This document shows positions 1-9,715 of a stretch of 64,000 nt of DNA, piece by piece. A model generated the notes under the pieces. It saw only the letters and a list, made by a program, of their open reading frames with translations, was not told the DNA's origin and searched no databases. The DNA is taken from NCBI GenBank assembly GCA_965215185.1, contig OZ244034.1, positions 64,001-128,000 on the forward strand. The letters are read 5' to 3'. Made by a program: the position numbers and the translations under genes. Within the stretch, counting starts at the first letter, position 1. Every line of letters begins with the position of its first letter. The DNA is from Acidimicrobiia bacterium (GTDB taxonomy: Bacteria > Actinomycetota > Acidimicrobiia > Spongiisociales > ZC4RG35).

Positions 1-14
1 CCCAGAACGAGTCG

Positions 15-983
15 GTGGTCGTCCCGTCCCCCGACTTTGTGGACACCGGCGAGCCGGTGGCGGATGTGGCCGACCGCTTGCTGCCCTCTGTGGTCCATCT
101 TGAAATCAGCAGCGACATTGTTTTTGAGCAGGGGGCGGGCAGCGGGGTGATCTTCGACAGCAGCGGATATATTCTCACGGCCGCCCATGTAGTGGAGACG
201 GTCGTGGATGGGGCGGCGGAGGTGACCGTGCGACTCTCCAACGGCGACCGCCTCCCGGGCGAGGTGGTGGGAACCGATCCCGCCAGTGACGTGGCGGTGG
301 TGAGAGTGGGCCGTTCCGGTTTGACTCCCGCGGAACTTGCTTTGGATGACGCACCCCGGGCCGGCCAGTTGGTGGTGGCGGTGGGCAGTCCCTGGGGTTT
401 GGAGTCATCCGTTACCTCGGGGGTGATCAGCGCTGCCGATCGGATGGTGGATGGGAAAATCTTGATTCAGAGTGACGCGGTGCTTTATCCGGGCAACTCC
501 GGCGGGGCTCTGGCTGATAGGCACGGCCGGTTGATAGGCATTAACGTCTCCATCTTCTCCAATTCCACCTCCTTGGAGCAGGTGGAGTTCCAAGGGGTGG
601 GTTTTGCGGTACCCGTCGATATCGCCTATCGGGTTGCGCAGGCTCTGATAGCCGGGCGGCCCGTTCACACCGCTTTCCTAGGGGTGAGCGGACGCGACAC
701 ACAAGGGGACGCCGGCGTGGAGGTCATGGAAATCTTCCCCGGTTCGGGCGCGGAGCAGTCGGGGTTGATGGTTGGGGATGTGGTGGTGGCGGTGGGAGGC
801 CGCCCAGTCACCGGAATAGCCGACTTGGCTGCCCGGATTCGTCACCTGGTGCCCGGTGATGTTCTCGTCCTGAGTGTTATGCGGGGCGAGGACGAGTTCA
901 CCTTGACTGCCGCTCTGCTTCCCAGAAGCGAAGTCATGCCGGACCAGCCAAGCGAGGACTCCCCGGAGGGCGAAACGCCGTAA
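15..983 (+). CDS. HtrA/DegP-family trypsin-like serine protease with C-terminal PDZ domain (probably 5'-truncated by the window edge)
   Basis: GAGSGVI, LTAAHVV (His), SDVAVV (Asp), PGNSGG (Ser); PDZ-like FLGVSG...GDVVVAVGG. The frame is open to the start of the window. Confidence 0.92.
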   Translation: MVVPSPDFVDTGEPVADVADRLLPSVVHLEISSDIVFEQGAGSGVIFDSSGYILTAAHVVETVVDGAAEVTVRLSNGDRLPGEVVGTDPASDVAVVRVGRSGLTPAELALDDAPRAGQLVVAVGSPWGLESSVTSGVISAADRMVDGKILIQSDAVLYPGNSGGALADRHGRLIGINVSIFSNSTSLEQVEFQGVGFAVPVDIAYRVAQALIAGRPVHTAFLGVSGRDTQGDAGVEVMEIFPGSGAEQSGLMVGDVVVAVGGRPVTGIADLAARIRHLVPGDVLVLSVMRGEDEFTLTAALLPRSEVMPDQPSEDSPEGETP

Positions 984-1060
984 CCGGCGCAGCGGAGCGT
1001 ATCCCCGTGGTGGGTCGTCTCTCGAGTCGGCGGTCCTTCCCTCGCCCGGGACAGGGGAGG

Positions 1061-1069
1061 TGCTATGCT
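1061..1069 (+). promoter_or_regulatory. Extended -10 promoter element for the cobalamin operon
   Basis: TGcTATGCT (TGn-TAnnnT) immediately upstream of the riboswitch. Confidence 0.5.
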
Positions 1070-1084
1070 TTTTGTCTGACCGCC

Positions 1085-1195
1085 GGGAGACAACGGTGGT
1101 CTTTCCCAGGGACGTAGCGAAGTCCGGTTGAAGTCCGGCGCTGTCCCGCAACTGTTAAGCCCTTCGAGAAGGGACAAGTCAGGACGCCTGGTCCC
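1085..1195 (+). promoter_or_regulatory. Cobalamin (B12) riboswitch aptamer
   Basis: Core GAAGTCCGGTTGAAGTCCGGCGCTGTCCCGCAACTGT, then a hairpin (CCCTTC-GA-GAAGGG) and AAGTCAGGA; directly upstream of btuFCD-cobO. Boundaries approximate. Confidence 0.92.
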
Positions 1196-1287
1196 GGGAT
1201 GACGGATGAACCTCGGATGAAGATGTAGTTCGTCGGCGGGTGTTCCCGTTTGACTCTCTCCCTTCATCCTCCTCAAGGAGGATGTTT

Positions 1288-2334
1288 ATGTATGCAACCA
1301 CCCGGCGGAAGGCTGGAAGATTGCTGGTCTTTCTGGCATTGATCTCGCTGATATCTGCGGCCTGCGGAGCAGACCAGGATGCTCCTTCCGCCGCCCCCAC
1401 CACGGCCGCGGCTCTCGCGACCACCCAAGCTCCAACTACTGCAGCGGCCCCTACCACGACTGAAGCCACCACGACTACCACCGCGGCGCCCGCCACCACT
1501 TCTACCCTGCCTGCGTTCCCCGTTGAGGTGCAGGACTCGCTGGGTACGGTGATGATCGCTACTCGCCCCGAGCGTATTGTTTCACTGTCGTCCACCATCA
1601 CCGAGATGCTGTTCGCTATCGGCGCCGGCCCCCAAGTGGCGGCAGTGGACAGCTATTCCGATTTTCCGCCCGAGGCGCCCATCACGGATTTGTCTGCTTT
1701 CACTCCCAACCTCGAGGCGATCGCGGCCGCCGCCCCCGATTTGGTGATCGCCTCCTACGATCCTGGTGATCTGATGTCATCCCTCGAAGCGCTGGGGATA
1801 CCGGGGATGATGATGCCAGCGGCCAACACGTACTTTGACGTGTGGCTCCAGATCGAGCAGTTGGGTCTGGCGACCGGTAATGCCATTGGTGCGACCGACC
1901 TCGTGCGCCACCTGCGGGGGAGAATCACGGAGATAATTGCGGACAGCCCAGAGGTTTCCTTCACTTATTACTACGAGTTGGATCAAAACCTCTACTCGGT
2001 TACCTCTACCACCTTTATCGGGCAACTGTTTGGTTTGCTAGGTCTGGAAAGCATCGCTGATCCTGCCGATGAATATGGCTTCGGCTACCCGCAGCTTTCT
2101 TCGGAATACATCATCGAAGTCGATCCCGATCTCATCTTGTTGGCCGACACCTTGTGCTGTGGGCAGAACGCCGAGACCGTGGCCTCCCGCCCGGGCTGGT
2201 CGTCGTTGACCGCGGTGACCAATGGGCGGGTGATCGAACTGGATGATGGGATCGCCTCCCGGTGGGGTCCGCGCATCGTCGAATTGTTGGAGGTGGCCGC
2301 CGCGGCCGTCGCCGAACTGGCCCCCAAAGGGTGA
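1288..2334 (+). CDS. btuF: Cobalamin ABC transporter substrate-binding lipoprotein
   Basis: Lipobox ISAAC, Thr/Ala-rich linker, PERIVSLS..TEMLFAIGAG, SRWGPRI. Start moved to ATG 1288 behind AAGGAGG; riboswitch context. Confidence 0.88.
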   Translation: MYATTRRKAGRLLVFLALISLISAACGADQDAPSAAPTTAAALATTQAPTTAAAPTTTEATTTTTAAPATTSTLPAFPVEVQDSLGTVMIATRPERIVSLSSTITEMLFAIGAGPQVAAVDSYSDFPPEAPITDLSAFTPNLEAIAAAAPDLVIASYDPGDLMSSLEALGIPGMMMPAANTYFDVWLQIEQLGLATGNAIGATDLVRHLRGRITEIIADSPEVSFTYYYELDQNLYSVTSTTFIGQLFGLLGLESIADPADEYGFGYPQLSSEYIIEVDPDLILLADTLCCGQNAETVASRPGWSSLTAVTNGRVIELDDGIASRWGPRIVELLEVAAAAVAELAPKG

Positions 2335-3392
2335 GAGTGTTCTCTCCATCCTCAGGGATTCTCCAGACCTCCCGGGTAGGGATTGGGCGACTGGCCCTAG
2401 CGATGGTGCTGGGCGTGGTGGTGCTGGGAGCGGCGCTGTTGATCGGCCCAGCCGGGTTGGATGCGGGCGGAGTGCTGGCTGCGCTATTGGACCGATTGCC
2501 GTTTCTGGAGTTGGAGAACTCGCTGTCGAATCGCGAGTTGACCATCCTCTGGGAAATCCGTCTGCCGCGGGCGGTGATGGGGGCGATGGTGGGGGCCACG
2601 CTGGCTTCGGCGGGGGCCGCCTATCAGGGAGTATTCCGCAATCCTCTGGCCGACCCTTATTTGTTGGGAGTGGCGGCAGGCGCCGGGTTGGGGGCAACCG
2701 TCGCGATCCTCTTGCGCTCCCGCGGCTTTCCTACTATCCCCCTGGCGCCCTTGGCCTTTCTCGGGGCGGTGGTGGGCGTGGCGCTGTCCTATGGACTGTC
2801 TCGAACCAGGGGACGGGACAGACGCAGCGGCAGCACCCTGGTACTGGCCGGGGTGGCGGTGGCATCGTTTCTTACCGCGGTGCAGACCTTCCTGCAGATC
2901 ACCAACGTCACCACCCTGCGGGAGGTTTACAGTTGGATCCTCGGCCGTCTGGTCACAATAGGGTGGGGTGAGGTGACGGCTGTGCTGCCCTATATGGTGA
3001 TCAGCTGGCTGGTGTTGCTCGTCTTTCGAAGAGCTCTTGATGTCATGGCGGTGGGAGATGATGAGGCTTCTGCTCTGGGCTTGTCTCCTCGTACCGTGCG
3101 GCTGATCGTAATTGCCGCCGCCACATTGGGCGCGGCCGCGGCGGTGTCGGTCAGTGGGCTCATCGCCTTCGTGGGGATCATCGTCCCCCATACCGTCCGG
3201 ATACTGGCGGGCTGGAGCTATCGAGTGATCATTCCCCTTTCCCTGCTGATGGGAGGGGTGTTCCTTACCGCCGCCGACCTGGTGGCGCGCACGGTGGTTT
3301 CTCCCGCAGAGCTGCCCATCGGGGTGGTGACGGCGTTTTTGGGCGGTCCATTCTTCCTGATGATCCTGCGGACCTCCGGGGACTTGGAATGA
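2331..3392 (+). CDS. btuC: Cobalamin/iron-chelate ABC transporter permease (FecCD family)
   Basis: IRLPR, FRNPLADPYLLGVAAGA, FVGIIVPH, ELPIGVVTAFLGGPFF; GTGA overlap with the upstream stop. Confidence 0.9.
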   Translation: MRVFSPSSGILQTSRVGIGRLALAMVLGVVVLGAALLIGPAGLDAGGVLAALLDRLPFLELENSLSNRELTILWEIRLPRAVMGAMVGATLASAGAAYQGVFRNPLADPYLLGVAAGAGLGATVAILLRSRGFPTIPLAPLAFLGAVVGVALSYGLSRTRGRDRRSGSTLVLAGVAVASFLTAVQTFLQITNVTTLREVYSWILGRLVTIGWGEVTAVLPYMVISWLVLLVFRRALDVMAVGDDEASALGLSPRTVRLIVIAAATLGAAAAVSVSGLIAFVGIIVPHTVRILAGWSYRVIIPLSLLMGGVFLTAADLVARTVVSPAELPIGVVTAFLGGPFFLMILRTSGDLE

Positions 3393-4213
3393 CTGCCCTG
3401 CAGGTGCAAAATGTCTCGGTGGTGCTGGGCGGATCGGCGGTGGTGGACCAGGTGAGCCTCTCGGTGGAAGAGGGCGAGTGGTTGGGACTGATCGGGCCAA
3501 ATGGCGCCGGAAAGACCACGCTGCTGCGGGCTATCACCGGCGCAGTTCGAACCGAGGCGGGCCAGGTGGTCTACCGGGGTGCCAACCTGGCCACCCTCAG
3601 GACTCGCCAACGAGCCCAGATGATGGCGGTTGTCCCTCAGCAGCCGGTTGTTCCTTGGGGGATGGCGGTGGCCGACTATGTGATGTTGGGTCGCACCGCC
3701 CATATCGGTTGGCTGAGCCGGGAGACACGTACCGATCTTGAGATCGCCCAGGAGTCGTTGAAAGCGCTGGCGTTGGAGGAGCTTTCGACTCGCCGACTGG
3801 ACGAGCTATCGGGGGGTGAACTGCAGAGAGCGGTGCTGGCCCGTGCGCTGACCCAGGCTGCCCCGCTCTTGATTCTTGACGAGCCCACCTCGTCGCTCGA
3901 TGTCGGTCACGGGCAGCAGATGATGGAATTGGTGGATCGGCTGCGTCGGGAACAGCGGCTGACGGTGATCAGCGCCTTGCACGATCTGACCCTGGCCGCC
4001 CAGTTCTGCGACCGCTTGGTGATGATGTCGGGAGGGAAAGCCATCCTGGAAGGGCCGCCGCGCTCGGTGATCACCGAACGCTCTTTACGTGACCACTACG
4101 GCGCTCAGGTTCGAGTGCTCACCGGTCCGGAATTCGGGATGGTCGTGATACCGCTGCGGACCAAGAAGGACCCCGATCCGGGAAACATCTCTCCGATCGT
4201 GGCCGAGTTATAG
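3389..4213 (+). CDS. btuD: Cobalamin ABC transporter ATP-binding protein
   Basis: Walker A GPNGAGKT, LSGGE signature, LILDEPT, LHDL. Confidence 0.9.
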   Translation: MTALQVQNVSVVLGGSAVVDQVSLSVEEGEWLGLIGPNGAGKTTLLRAITGAVRTEAGQVVYRGANLATLRTRQRAQMMAVVPQQPVVPWGMAVADYVMLGRTAHIGWLSRETRTDLEIAQESLKALALEELSTRRLDELSGGELQRAVLARALTQAAPLLILDEPTSSLDVGHGQQMMELVDRLRREQRLTVISALHDLTLAAQFCDRLVMMSGGKAILEGPPRSVITERSLRDHYGAQVRVLTGPEFGMVVIPLRTKKDPDPGNISPIVAEL

Positions 4214-4235
4214 GATTCTCGAAAGGAGACCATCT

Positions 4236-4805
4236 ATGACCACAAAGGAAACACCTCCCACCGAAAAGCCTGCGGTTGGCTCAGAGCGGTCTCCTTCATT
4301 GGTGCTGGTTCACACCGGCCACGGCAAAGGCAAAAGCACCGCCGCCTTCGGAACTATGTTGCGAGCGGTATCCCGGGGGTGGAAGGTCGCAGTGGTGCAG
4401 TTTCTCAAGTCAGGAAGCTGGAAAGTGGGGGAGGAGAAGATCGGACGGCAGCTAGGTGTGGATTGGTGGGTGCTGGGAGACGGATTCACCTGGGATTCCG
4501 CCAATATGTCGGAGACTGAGGCGGTGGCGCGGGAGGCGTGGTCCTTTACCCAGCGTCTGGTTTCCGAGGGGGCTCATCGGCTGGTGGTGCTCGATGAAGT
4601 CACCTATCCCCTCAACTGGGGTTGGATCGACGAGGCGCAGATGCGGGACATGATTCGCAATCGCCCTGCTCATGTCAGCCTGATCCTGACCGGCCGGGAT
4701 GCTCCCGCCACTCTGATCGAGGAAGCTGATACTGTGACCGAGATGGTGAAGGTAAAACATGCTTTTGATCAAGGGATCATGGCCCGCCGGGGGATCGACT
4801 ACTAG
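4236..4805 (+). CDS. cobO: Cob(I)yrinic acid a,c-diamide adenosyltransferase
   Basis: TGHGKGKSTAAFG, VVQFLK, VVLDEV, LTGR, ADTVTEM..VKHAF..G..ARRGIDY. Confidence 0.95.
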   Translation: MTTKETPPTEKPAVGSERSPSLVLVHTGHGKGKSTAAFGTMLRAVSRGWKVAVVQFLKSGSWKVGEEKIGRQLGVDWWVLGDGFTWDSANMSETEAVAREAWSFTQRLVSEGAHRLVVLDEVTYPLNWGWIDEAQMRDMIRNRPAHVSLILTGRDAPATLIEEADTVTEMVKVKHAFDQGIMARRGIDY

Positions 4806-4807
4806 CC

Positions 4808-5332
4808 GTGATCGAGCTCTGGCTGGTTCGTCACGGACAGACCGACTGGAATCTCAAGCGCCTACTACAGGGTTGGGTGGACACTCCTCTCAATCAGAAC
4901 GGAAGGCGCCAGGCGCGGGAATTGGCCGGGCGCCTGAGGGGAGGCAGCTTTTCGGGGGTGTGGAGTTCCGATCTGTCCCGGGCGGTGGAAACCGCCCGGC
5001 TGGCCTACGGTGAACCCACCCAGGCAGGCGCACTGCGAGAACTCGACTTTGGAGACATCCAGGGATGGAGTTGGGACGGTTTATCTCCCCAGTTGCGTGA
5101 TGAGATGATCGCCTTCGACGGCTTCGCCGCTCCCGGTGGTGAGTCCCATAAGCAGCTGGAGGACCGAGTTATAACATTTCTTGGCGAGTTGGCAGATGGC
5201 ATCCATCTCGTCTTCACCCATGGCGGGGTCATCCGCATGCTACGCCGCCTGTGCGGGGAAGAGCGTTACCCCGGCTGGTGCGAGATAGTCCGATTGGACT
5301 GGACAAACCGGCGGGTGCTGGAACTCGACTGA
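4808..5332 (+). CDS. Histidine phosphatase family protein (CobC-like by context)
   Basis: RHGQT, SSDLSRA.ETA, LRELDFG, FTHGGVI. Confidence 0.88.
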   Translation: MIELWLVRHGQTDWNLKRLLQGWVDTPLNQNGRRQARELAGRLRGGSFSGVWSSDLSRAVETARLAYGEPTQAGALRELDFGDIQGWSWDGLSPQLRDEMIAFDGFAAPGGESHKQLEDRVITFLGELADGIHLVFTHGGVIRMLRRLCGEERYPGWCEIVRLDWTNRRVLELD

Positions 5333-5388
5333 GGTGGCAGTGAGGGTGGATGGTTTCCCGTCCACGGCAGGGTTAGCCTGAGGGAAAA

Positions 5389-6102
5389 GTGCAGGAACAA
5401 GTGACCCAGGGCCGGTGGACGATTTCCGATTTGGCGATCATCGCCTTCGCCGGGGTGGTCGGTTCGATACTGGGTGCGGGGATAGGCGCCGAAGGGGATG
5501 TGATCCTGGGGGATGTGATCCTGGTTTTGCTGGGACAGTTCCTTTTGACCGTGGTTGCCATGGTCTTGGTTGGGAAAGCCCGTCAGCGGGATTTCGGGCG
5601 GCTCGCCTTCGTGGTGGAAACCCGGGACGGGGTGATGCTGCTATTGGGGATGGGTCTGCAGGTGCTGTTTGCCATTCTGTTCCAGCCGCTGGCCCTGCTG
5701 GTGGGGCTGGAGTCGGAGCCTCAGTCTCTGGTGGGGGAGGTCGCCACCATCGGGGGTACCTATGACCGGATAACCCTGATCCTTCTGATTGGTCTGATCG
5801 GGCCCATCTTGGAGGAAACCATGTTCCGGGGGATTCTGATCGACGCTCTGGCGGCTCGGTTTCAAAAACGAGGGATCGTTTTGGGCTCCTCGGCCGCCTT
5901 CGCCGCTTTTCACCTGGCGGGGATATCCACCGTCCAACCCTTGGAGTCAGCGGCAGTGCTGATACCCCAGTTGTTCTTGTTCGCAGTGGTGTTGGCCCAT
6001 CTTCGCCTCTCCCGTAAGCGACTGGGAGCGGTCATCTTCACCCATGCCGGATTCAACCTTTTGAGCCTGATCGTGATTCTCTTCTACCCGCAGGTGTTGT
6101 AA
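5389..6102 (+). CDS. CPBP (CAAX/Abi) intramembrane glutamic endopeptidase
   Basis: EETMFRG, FAAFH and HAGFN motifs; multiple hydrophobic helices. Confidence 0.88.
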   Translation: MQEQVTQGRWTISDLAIIAFAGVVGSILGAGIGAEGDVILGDVILVLLGQFLLTVVAMVLVGKARQRDFGRLAFVVETRDGVMLLLGMGLQVLFAILFQPLALLVGLESEPQSLVGEVATIGGTYDRITLILLIGLIGPILEETMFRGILIDALAARFQKRGIVLGSSAAFAAFHLAGISTVQPLESAAVLIPQLFLFAVVLAHLRLSRKRLGAVIFTHAGFNLLSLIVILFYPQVL

Positions 6103-6337
6103 CTTCGGCAGAGCTCAAAACCTGGCAGTCGCCTCCGCGTCAAAACTTCGTAGGGGTCCTCTCCCCTCAAAGATGGGCGCTGGGCACGGATTTTGTCCCA
6201 AACCGCGCGCAGTGCGGGATTGGCCCGGTAGCGACGTCCTCACTTTTTTCCGACAGCACCCAGGAATCCGGCTTCAGTGCATTGCCAAAAGGTTGCGGGT
6301 TCCTGTCATGACCCACCGACACGGTAACTTCCTTTCT

Positions 6338-7246
6338 ATGCGCACAGGCCGACTTGACAAGGGCAAGACCGGCCTGAGTTATGTGAGGCCACAGGCGCGG
6401 CGGGGGACGTTGTTGGCCGTGCTGGTGGTGTTGTTGTTCGGGTTCTTCGCGGTGGTGGTCATCGATCTGCTCGACTATCACGCGTCGATAGAACTGGCCC
6501 AGCGTCATCTGTTCATTGCTGGGGTGGTGCTGGTTGCCGCGGCTGCTCGAAGGGGGCGCCTGCATCCTCGTGGTCGGCTCGGCACCTTGGCCGCGATGAG
6601 CGGGTGTACAGCGGTGATGGCCATGTTGTTCTTCACCGCCCTGGAAAGACTGGGCGCCGGTCCGGCTATGACGTTGCAGTTCGTTGCGGTGCTGGTGGTG
6701 ATGGTCTGGGCGCAGGTGGTGGGAGGGGTCCGTGTGCCCGCGGTTGCCTGGTTGTCGGGACTGGTGACCATGGTGGGTATCTCTCTGGTGGTGGAGGCCT
6801 GGGAATGGGAACGGGTGGACTTGATCGGGATAGCCTCGGGTATGGGATCGGCGGTGTTCTTGGCCGCATATTTCCTGTTGGTCGACCACTTGGGTGGGCA
6901 TCTGCCTCCGCTGACGATCTCCGCCTACGCAGTGGGGATAGCCGCTGTGGTCTTGTTTCCCGTGGCTGGGTTGGGTCCCATGGATCTGCCCGTCTCCAAG
7001 TGGTGGTGGCTACTGGCCCTCGGTGTGTTGGGGACGGCTCTCCCGGTGCTGTTGGAAGTAATCGCCATCCGCTACGCGGGTCCTGGTCCGGTGGGGATGA
7101 TCATCCTCGCCCAACCGGTGGTGGGAGGGTTGGTGGCATGGCTTTTACTTGGACAAGCCCTCAGCCCGGTCCAGATCTTGGGAATTGTGATTTCACTGGC
7201 GGGGGTGCTGTTGGTTCAGGTCAAGATCGTCGAGGCGCGTTCATAG
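6338..7246 (+). CDS. EamA/DMT family transporter
   Basis: About 10 hydrophobic segments; QPVVGGLVAWLLLGQALSPVQILG. Start chosen at the ATG 7 nt after TAACTT; uncertain. Confidence 0.8.
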   Translation: MRTGRLDKGKTGLSYVRPQARRGTLLAVLVVLLFGFFAVVVIDLLDYHASIELAQRHLFIAGVVLVAAAARRGRLHPRGRLGTLAAMSGCTAVMAMLFFTALERLGAGPAMTLQFVAVLVVMVWAQVVGGVRVPAVAWLSGLVTMVGISLVVEAWEWERVDLIGIASGMGSAVFLAAYFLLVDHLGGHLPPLTISAYAVGIAAVVLFPVAGLGPMDLPVSKWWWLLALGVLGTALPVLLEVIAIRYAGPGPVGMIILAQPVVGGLVAWLLLGQALSPVQILGIVISLAGVLLVQVKIVEARS

Positions 7247-7264
7247 CCCACCCGGGTTGATGTA

Positions 7265-8512
7265 TCAGGTGCCCAGGCGCCAGCCCGACATGTATTCGCG
7301 CTGAGAAGCGGTGAGTTGCTCCAGGCTCCCCCCCAGAGCGGCTATCTTGGTCCGAGCCACCATCTGGTCGATCTCCTCCGGCAGCACGTAGACCCTTGGT
7401 TCCAAGGAATCCTGGTTTTCGATCAGCCATCGAAGCGCCAGCGCCTGGTTGGAGAACGAAAGGTCCATCACATCGGCGGGATGGCCTTCGGCGGCGCCCA
7501 AGTTGGCTAGGCGTCCCTCTGCCACCAGGAACAGGCGACGACCGTCGCTCATGCGGTATTCCTCCAGATTGGGTCGCACCGTTCTTTTCGCCACCGCTTG
7601 ATCGGCAAGGGACTCCACGTCGATCTCCACATTGAAATGACCGGCGTTGGCCAAGATCGCCCCGTCCTTCATCACGCCCAGATGGTCTTCGGAAATGACA
7701 TGACGGTTGCCGGTGACTGTGATGAAGATGTCGCCCCTGGGCGCTGCCTCCCGGGCAGTGAGCAGCCGGTGTCCATCCATCAAAGCCCGAAGCGCTCGGA
7801 CCGGGTCTACTTCCACCACGATCACCTGTGCTCCCATTCCCTCGGCTCGCACGGCCACGCCCTGTCCGCAGTGGCCATAGCCGACCACCACTACCGTGGA
7901 GCCGGCCAATAACACATTGGTGGCGCGGACGATCCCGTCCATGGTCGACTGGCCGGTGCCGTAATAATTGTCGAAGAGATGTTTGGTGGCCGAGTCATTG
8001 ACCGCCACCACCGGCAGCCGAAGCGCCCCTTCCCGCTCCATGGCTCGCAACCGGTTGATCCCGGTGGTGGTCTCCTCGTTGGCGCCCAGGGGAGACAGAT
8101 GGGGATGGTTTCGATGCAGGGCCGAGATAAGATCGCCTCCATCGTCCACCAGCAGATGGGGGCGACGACGAAGCACCTCGTCGATGTGACGGTGATATTG
8201 CTGTGAATCCTCCCCCCGGACGGCCAACACCTGCACTCCTTCCGAGGCCAGCGCCGCCGCCACGTCGTCCTGGGTGGAGAGCGGATTGGAGGCGCACAGA
8301 GAAAGTTCCGCACCCGCCTCGCGCAGGGCGAGCATCAAATTGGCGGTCTCCGAGGTCACATGTAAACAGGCGCCCACCCGCATTCCAGACAGCGTCTGGT
8401 CTTTGGAGAGTTGTGTTCGCACGGAGGAGAGCACCGGCATGCGGCTTGCTGCCCATTCCACCCTCAACCGGCCTTGGGAGGCCAAGCCGGGATCGGCGAT
8501 GTCAGATGGCAC
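7265..8512 (-). CDS. ahcY: Adenosylhomocysteinase
   Basis: ACLHVTSETA, SNPLSTQDD, EETTTG, KHLFDN.YGTGQS, NAGHFNVEI, EGRLANL..AEGHP. Confidence 0.97.
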   Translation of the reverse strand: MPSDIADPGLASQGRLRVEWAASRMPVLSSVRTQLSKDQTLSGMRVGACLHVTSETANLMLALREAGAELSLCASNPLSTQDDVAAALASEGVQVLAVRGEDSQQYHRHIDEVLRRRPHLLVDDGGDLISALHRNHPHLSPLGANEETTTGINRLRAMEREGALRLPVVAVNDSATKHLFDNYYGTGQSTMDGIVRATNVLLAGSTVVVVGYGHCGQGVAVRAEGMGAQVIVVEVDPVRALRALMDGHRLLTAREAAPRGDIFITVTGNRHVISEDHLGVMKDGAILANAGHFNVEIDVESLADQAVAKRTVRPNLEEYRMSDGRRLFLVAEGRLANLGAAEGHPADVMDLSFSNQALALRWLIENQDSLEPRVYVLPEEIDQMVARTKIAALGGSLEQLTASQREYMSGWRLGT

Positions 8513-9557
8513 TGGGTCGGTCCCGTGGCGAATCGGTGGAGGTAGCCATCTTGTCCTTGAGACGGTCGATCAACTCCACTTGCATCGGGTCGGCGCCTGA
8601 GTGGCGGGCCAACTCCAATGAGAAAAGGTCACCCATCGCCACCAGGCTAATCAGTCTGGCCAACGGGGAAATCCCCTGCGACCACACCTCTCCCAACCAG
8701 GCCACCCGATCAGCGGTGAGGCCTTCCTGCACCTCGAATCGGCGGGCTACGCCAGGGTGCTCCTGCAGGTCGCGCAGCGCCACCAACCCCACCCGATGTC
8801 GGGCCAACTCATAGGGCAGATCCCATCCCACGATCTCGTTGTGAGTGGCTTCGGGCAAGGCGCCCCAAAACGCCATCCGCTTGGCGTTCTCGTTGATCTG
8901 AGTTTTCCATCGATAGGCGGCGACCTGGGTGAGAGGAAGCGAGCCATACACTCCCACCATCCGGTCGGCCATTCCCGACGCCAACTCCGTGGCCAAGGCG
9001 ATTCCCTCTCCATGGTGTCCAGAGATGCTGTCCGCTATCTGCGCTGCTTCTTCCAGAGAGGGGCGAGAGTCTACTATGACTCCAGCCGCCTCCGCCACTC
9101 TGAGAAGCGCCGCCAGCCCAAACCCCAGAGCCGAGCGAGGCTGGTATCCCCCCGGGATGATCACCAGTTGGTCACCTCCCAGCGCGGCTCGCTTCGCCAA
9201 CGCCCCTCCGGAGGTGATCACTGTCACAGAGAGTCCCAAGTCCCGAGCGGCCCTCCAGGACGAGATCGCCTCGGCGGTGTTTCCCGAATAGGAGACCACC
9301 ACCACCGAAGGGCGTTGTCGGGCGGCCCATCCGGGCAGTCCGTAGTGCTTGTGAACGGTGGTGCGGCGACCCTCAACGGCCGCCACGGCCGCCAGGAAAT
9401 CACCGGTAATCCCCGATCCTCCCATCCCGCACACCAGCAACTCCTCTTCGCCTCCCTTTCTCGACCGAAGCGAAAGGTCCGTGCCCCACCGCAACTGGGC
9501 GCCCAGCGCAGTCATCTGGAATCTCATCTCGGCCAGTCGGGAGGTATTGCTAGTCAT
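8502..9557 (-). CDS. Bifunctional phosphoglucose/phosphomannose isomerase (SIS domains)
   Basis: GMGGSG, SYSGNT.E, QPRSA, RWKTQINENAK, PEATHNEI. Confidence 0.92.
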   Translation of the reverse strand: MTSNTSRLAEMRFQMTALGAQLRWGTDLSLRSRKGGEEELLVCGMGGSGITGDFLAAVAAVEGRRTTVHKHYGLPGWAARQRPSVVVVSYSGNTAEAISSWRAARDLGLSVTVITSGGALAKRAALGGDQLVIIPGGYQPRSALGFGLAALLRVAEAAGVIVDSRPSLEEAAQIADSISGHHGEGIALATELASGMADRMVGVYGSLPLTQVAAYRWKTQINENAKRMAFWGALPEATHNEIVGWDLPYELARHRVGLVALRDLQEHPGVARRFEVQEGLTADRVAWLGEVWSQGISPLARLISLVAMGDLFSLELARHSGADPMQVELIDRLKDKMATSTDSPRDRPSAI

Positions 9558-9714
9558 CTTCCACCGTCATTATGGGAACGCCTGCCGCGTTAACCAAGTA
9601 GGTCCGCCCGCAGGCATCACAGACAAGCGCCCGATCGGAGTCCAAAAGGCGGAGTTCACCCTTGCAGCGGGGGCAGACCAGGATGCTGTGGAGTTGGGGA
9701 TCGATCCACGACAT
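9550..9714 (-). CDS. Trm112-like zinc-ribbon protein (54 aa; not in the ORF track)
   Basis: Manual translation MSWIDPQLHSILVCPRCKGELRLLDSDRALVCDACGRTYLVNAAGVPIMTVEDD; fills the manB-PMI gap, a typical actinobacterial position. Confidence 0.9.
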   Translation of the reverse strand: MSWIDPQLHSILVCPRCKGELRLLDSDRALVCDACGRTYLVNAAGVPIMTVEDD

Positions 9715-9715
9715 G

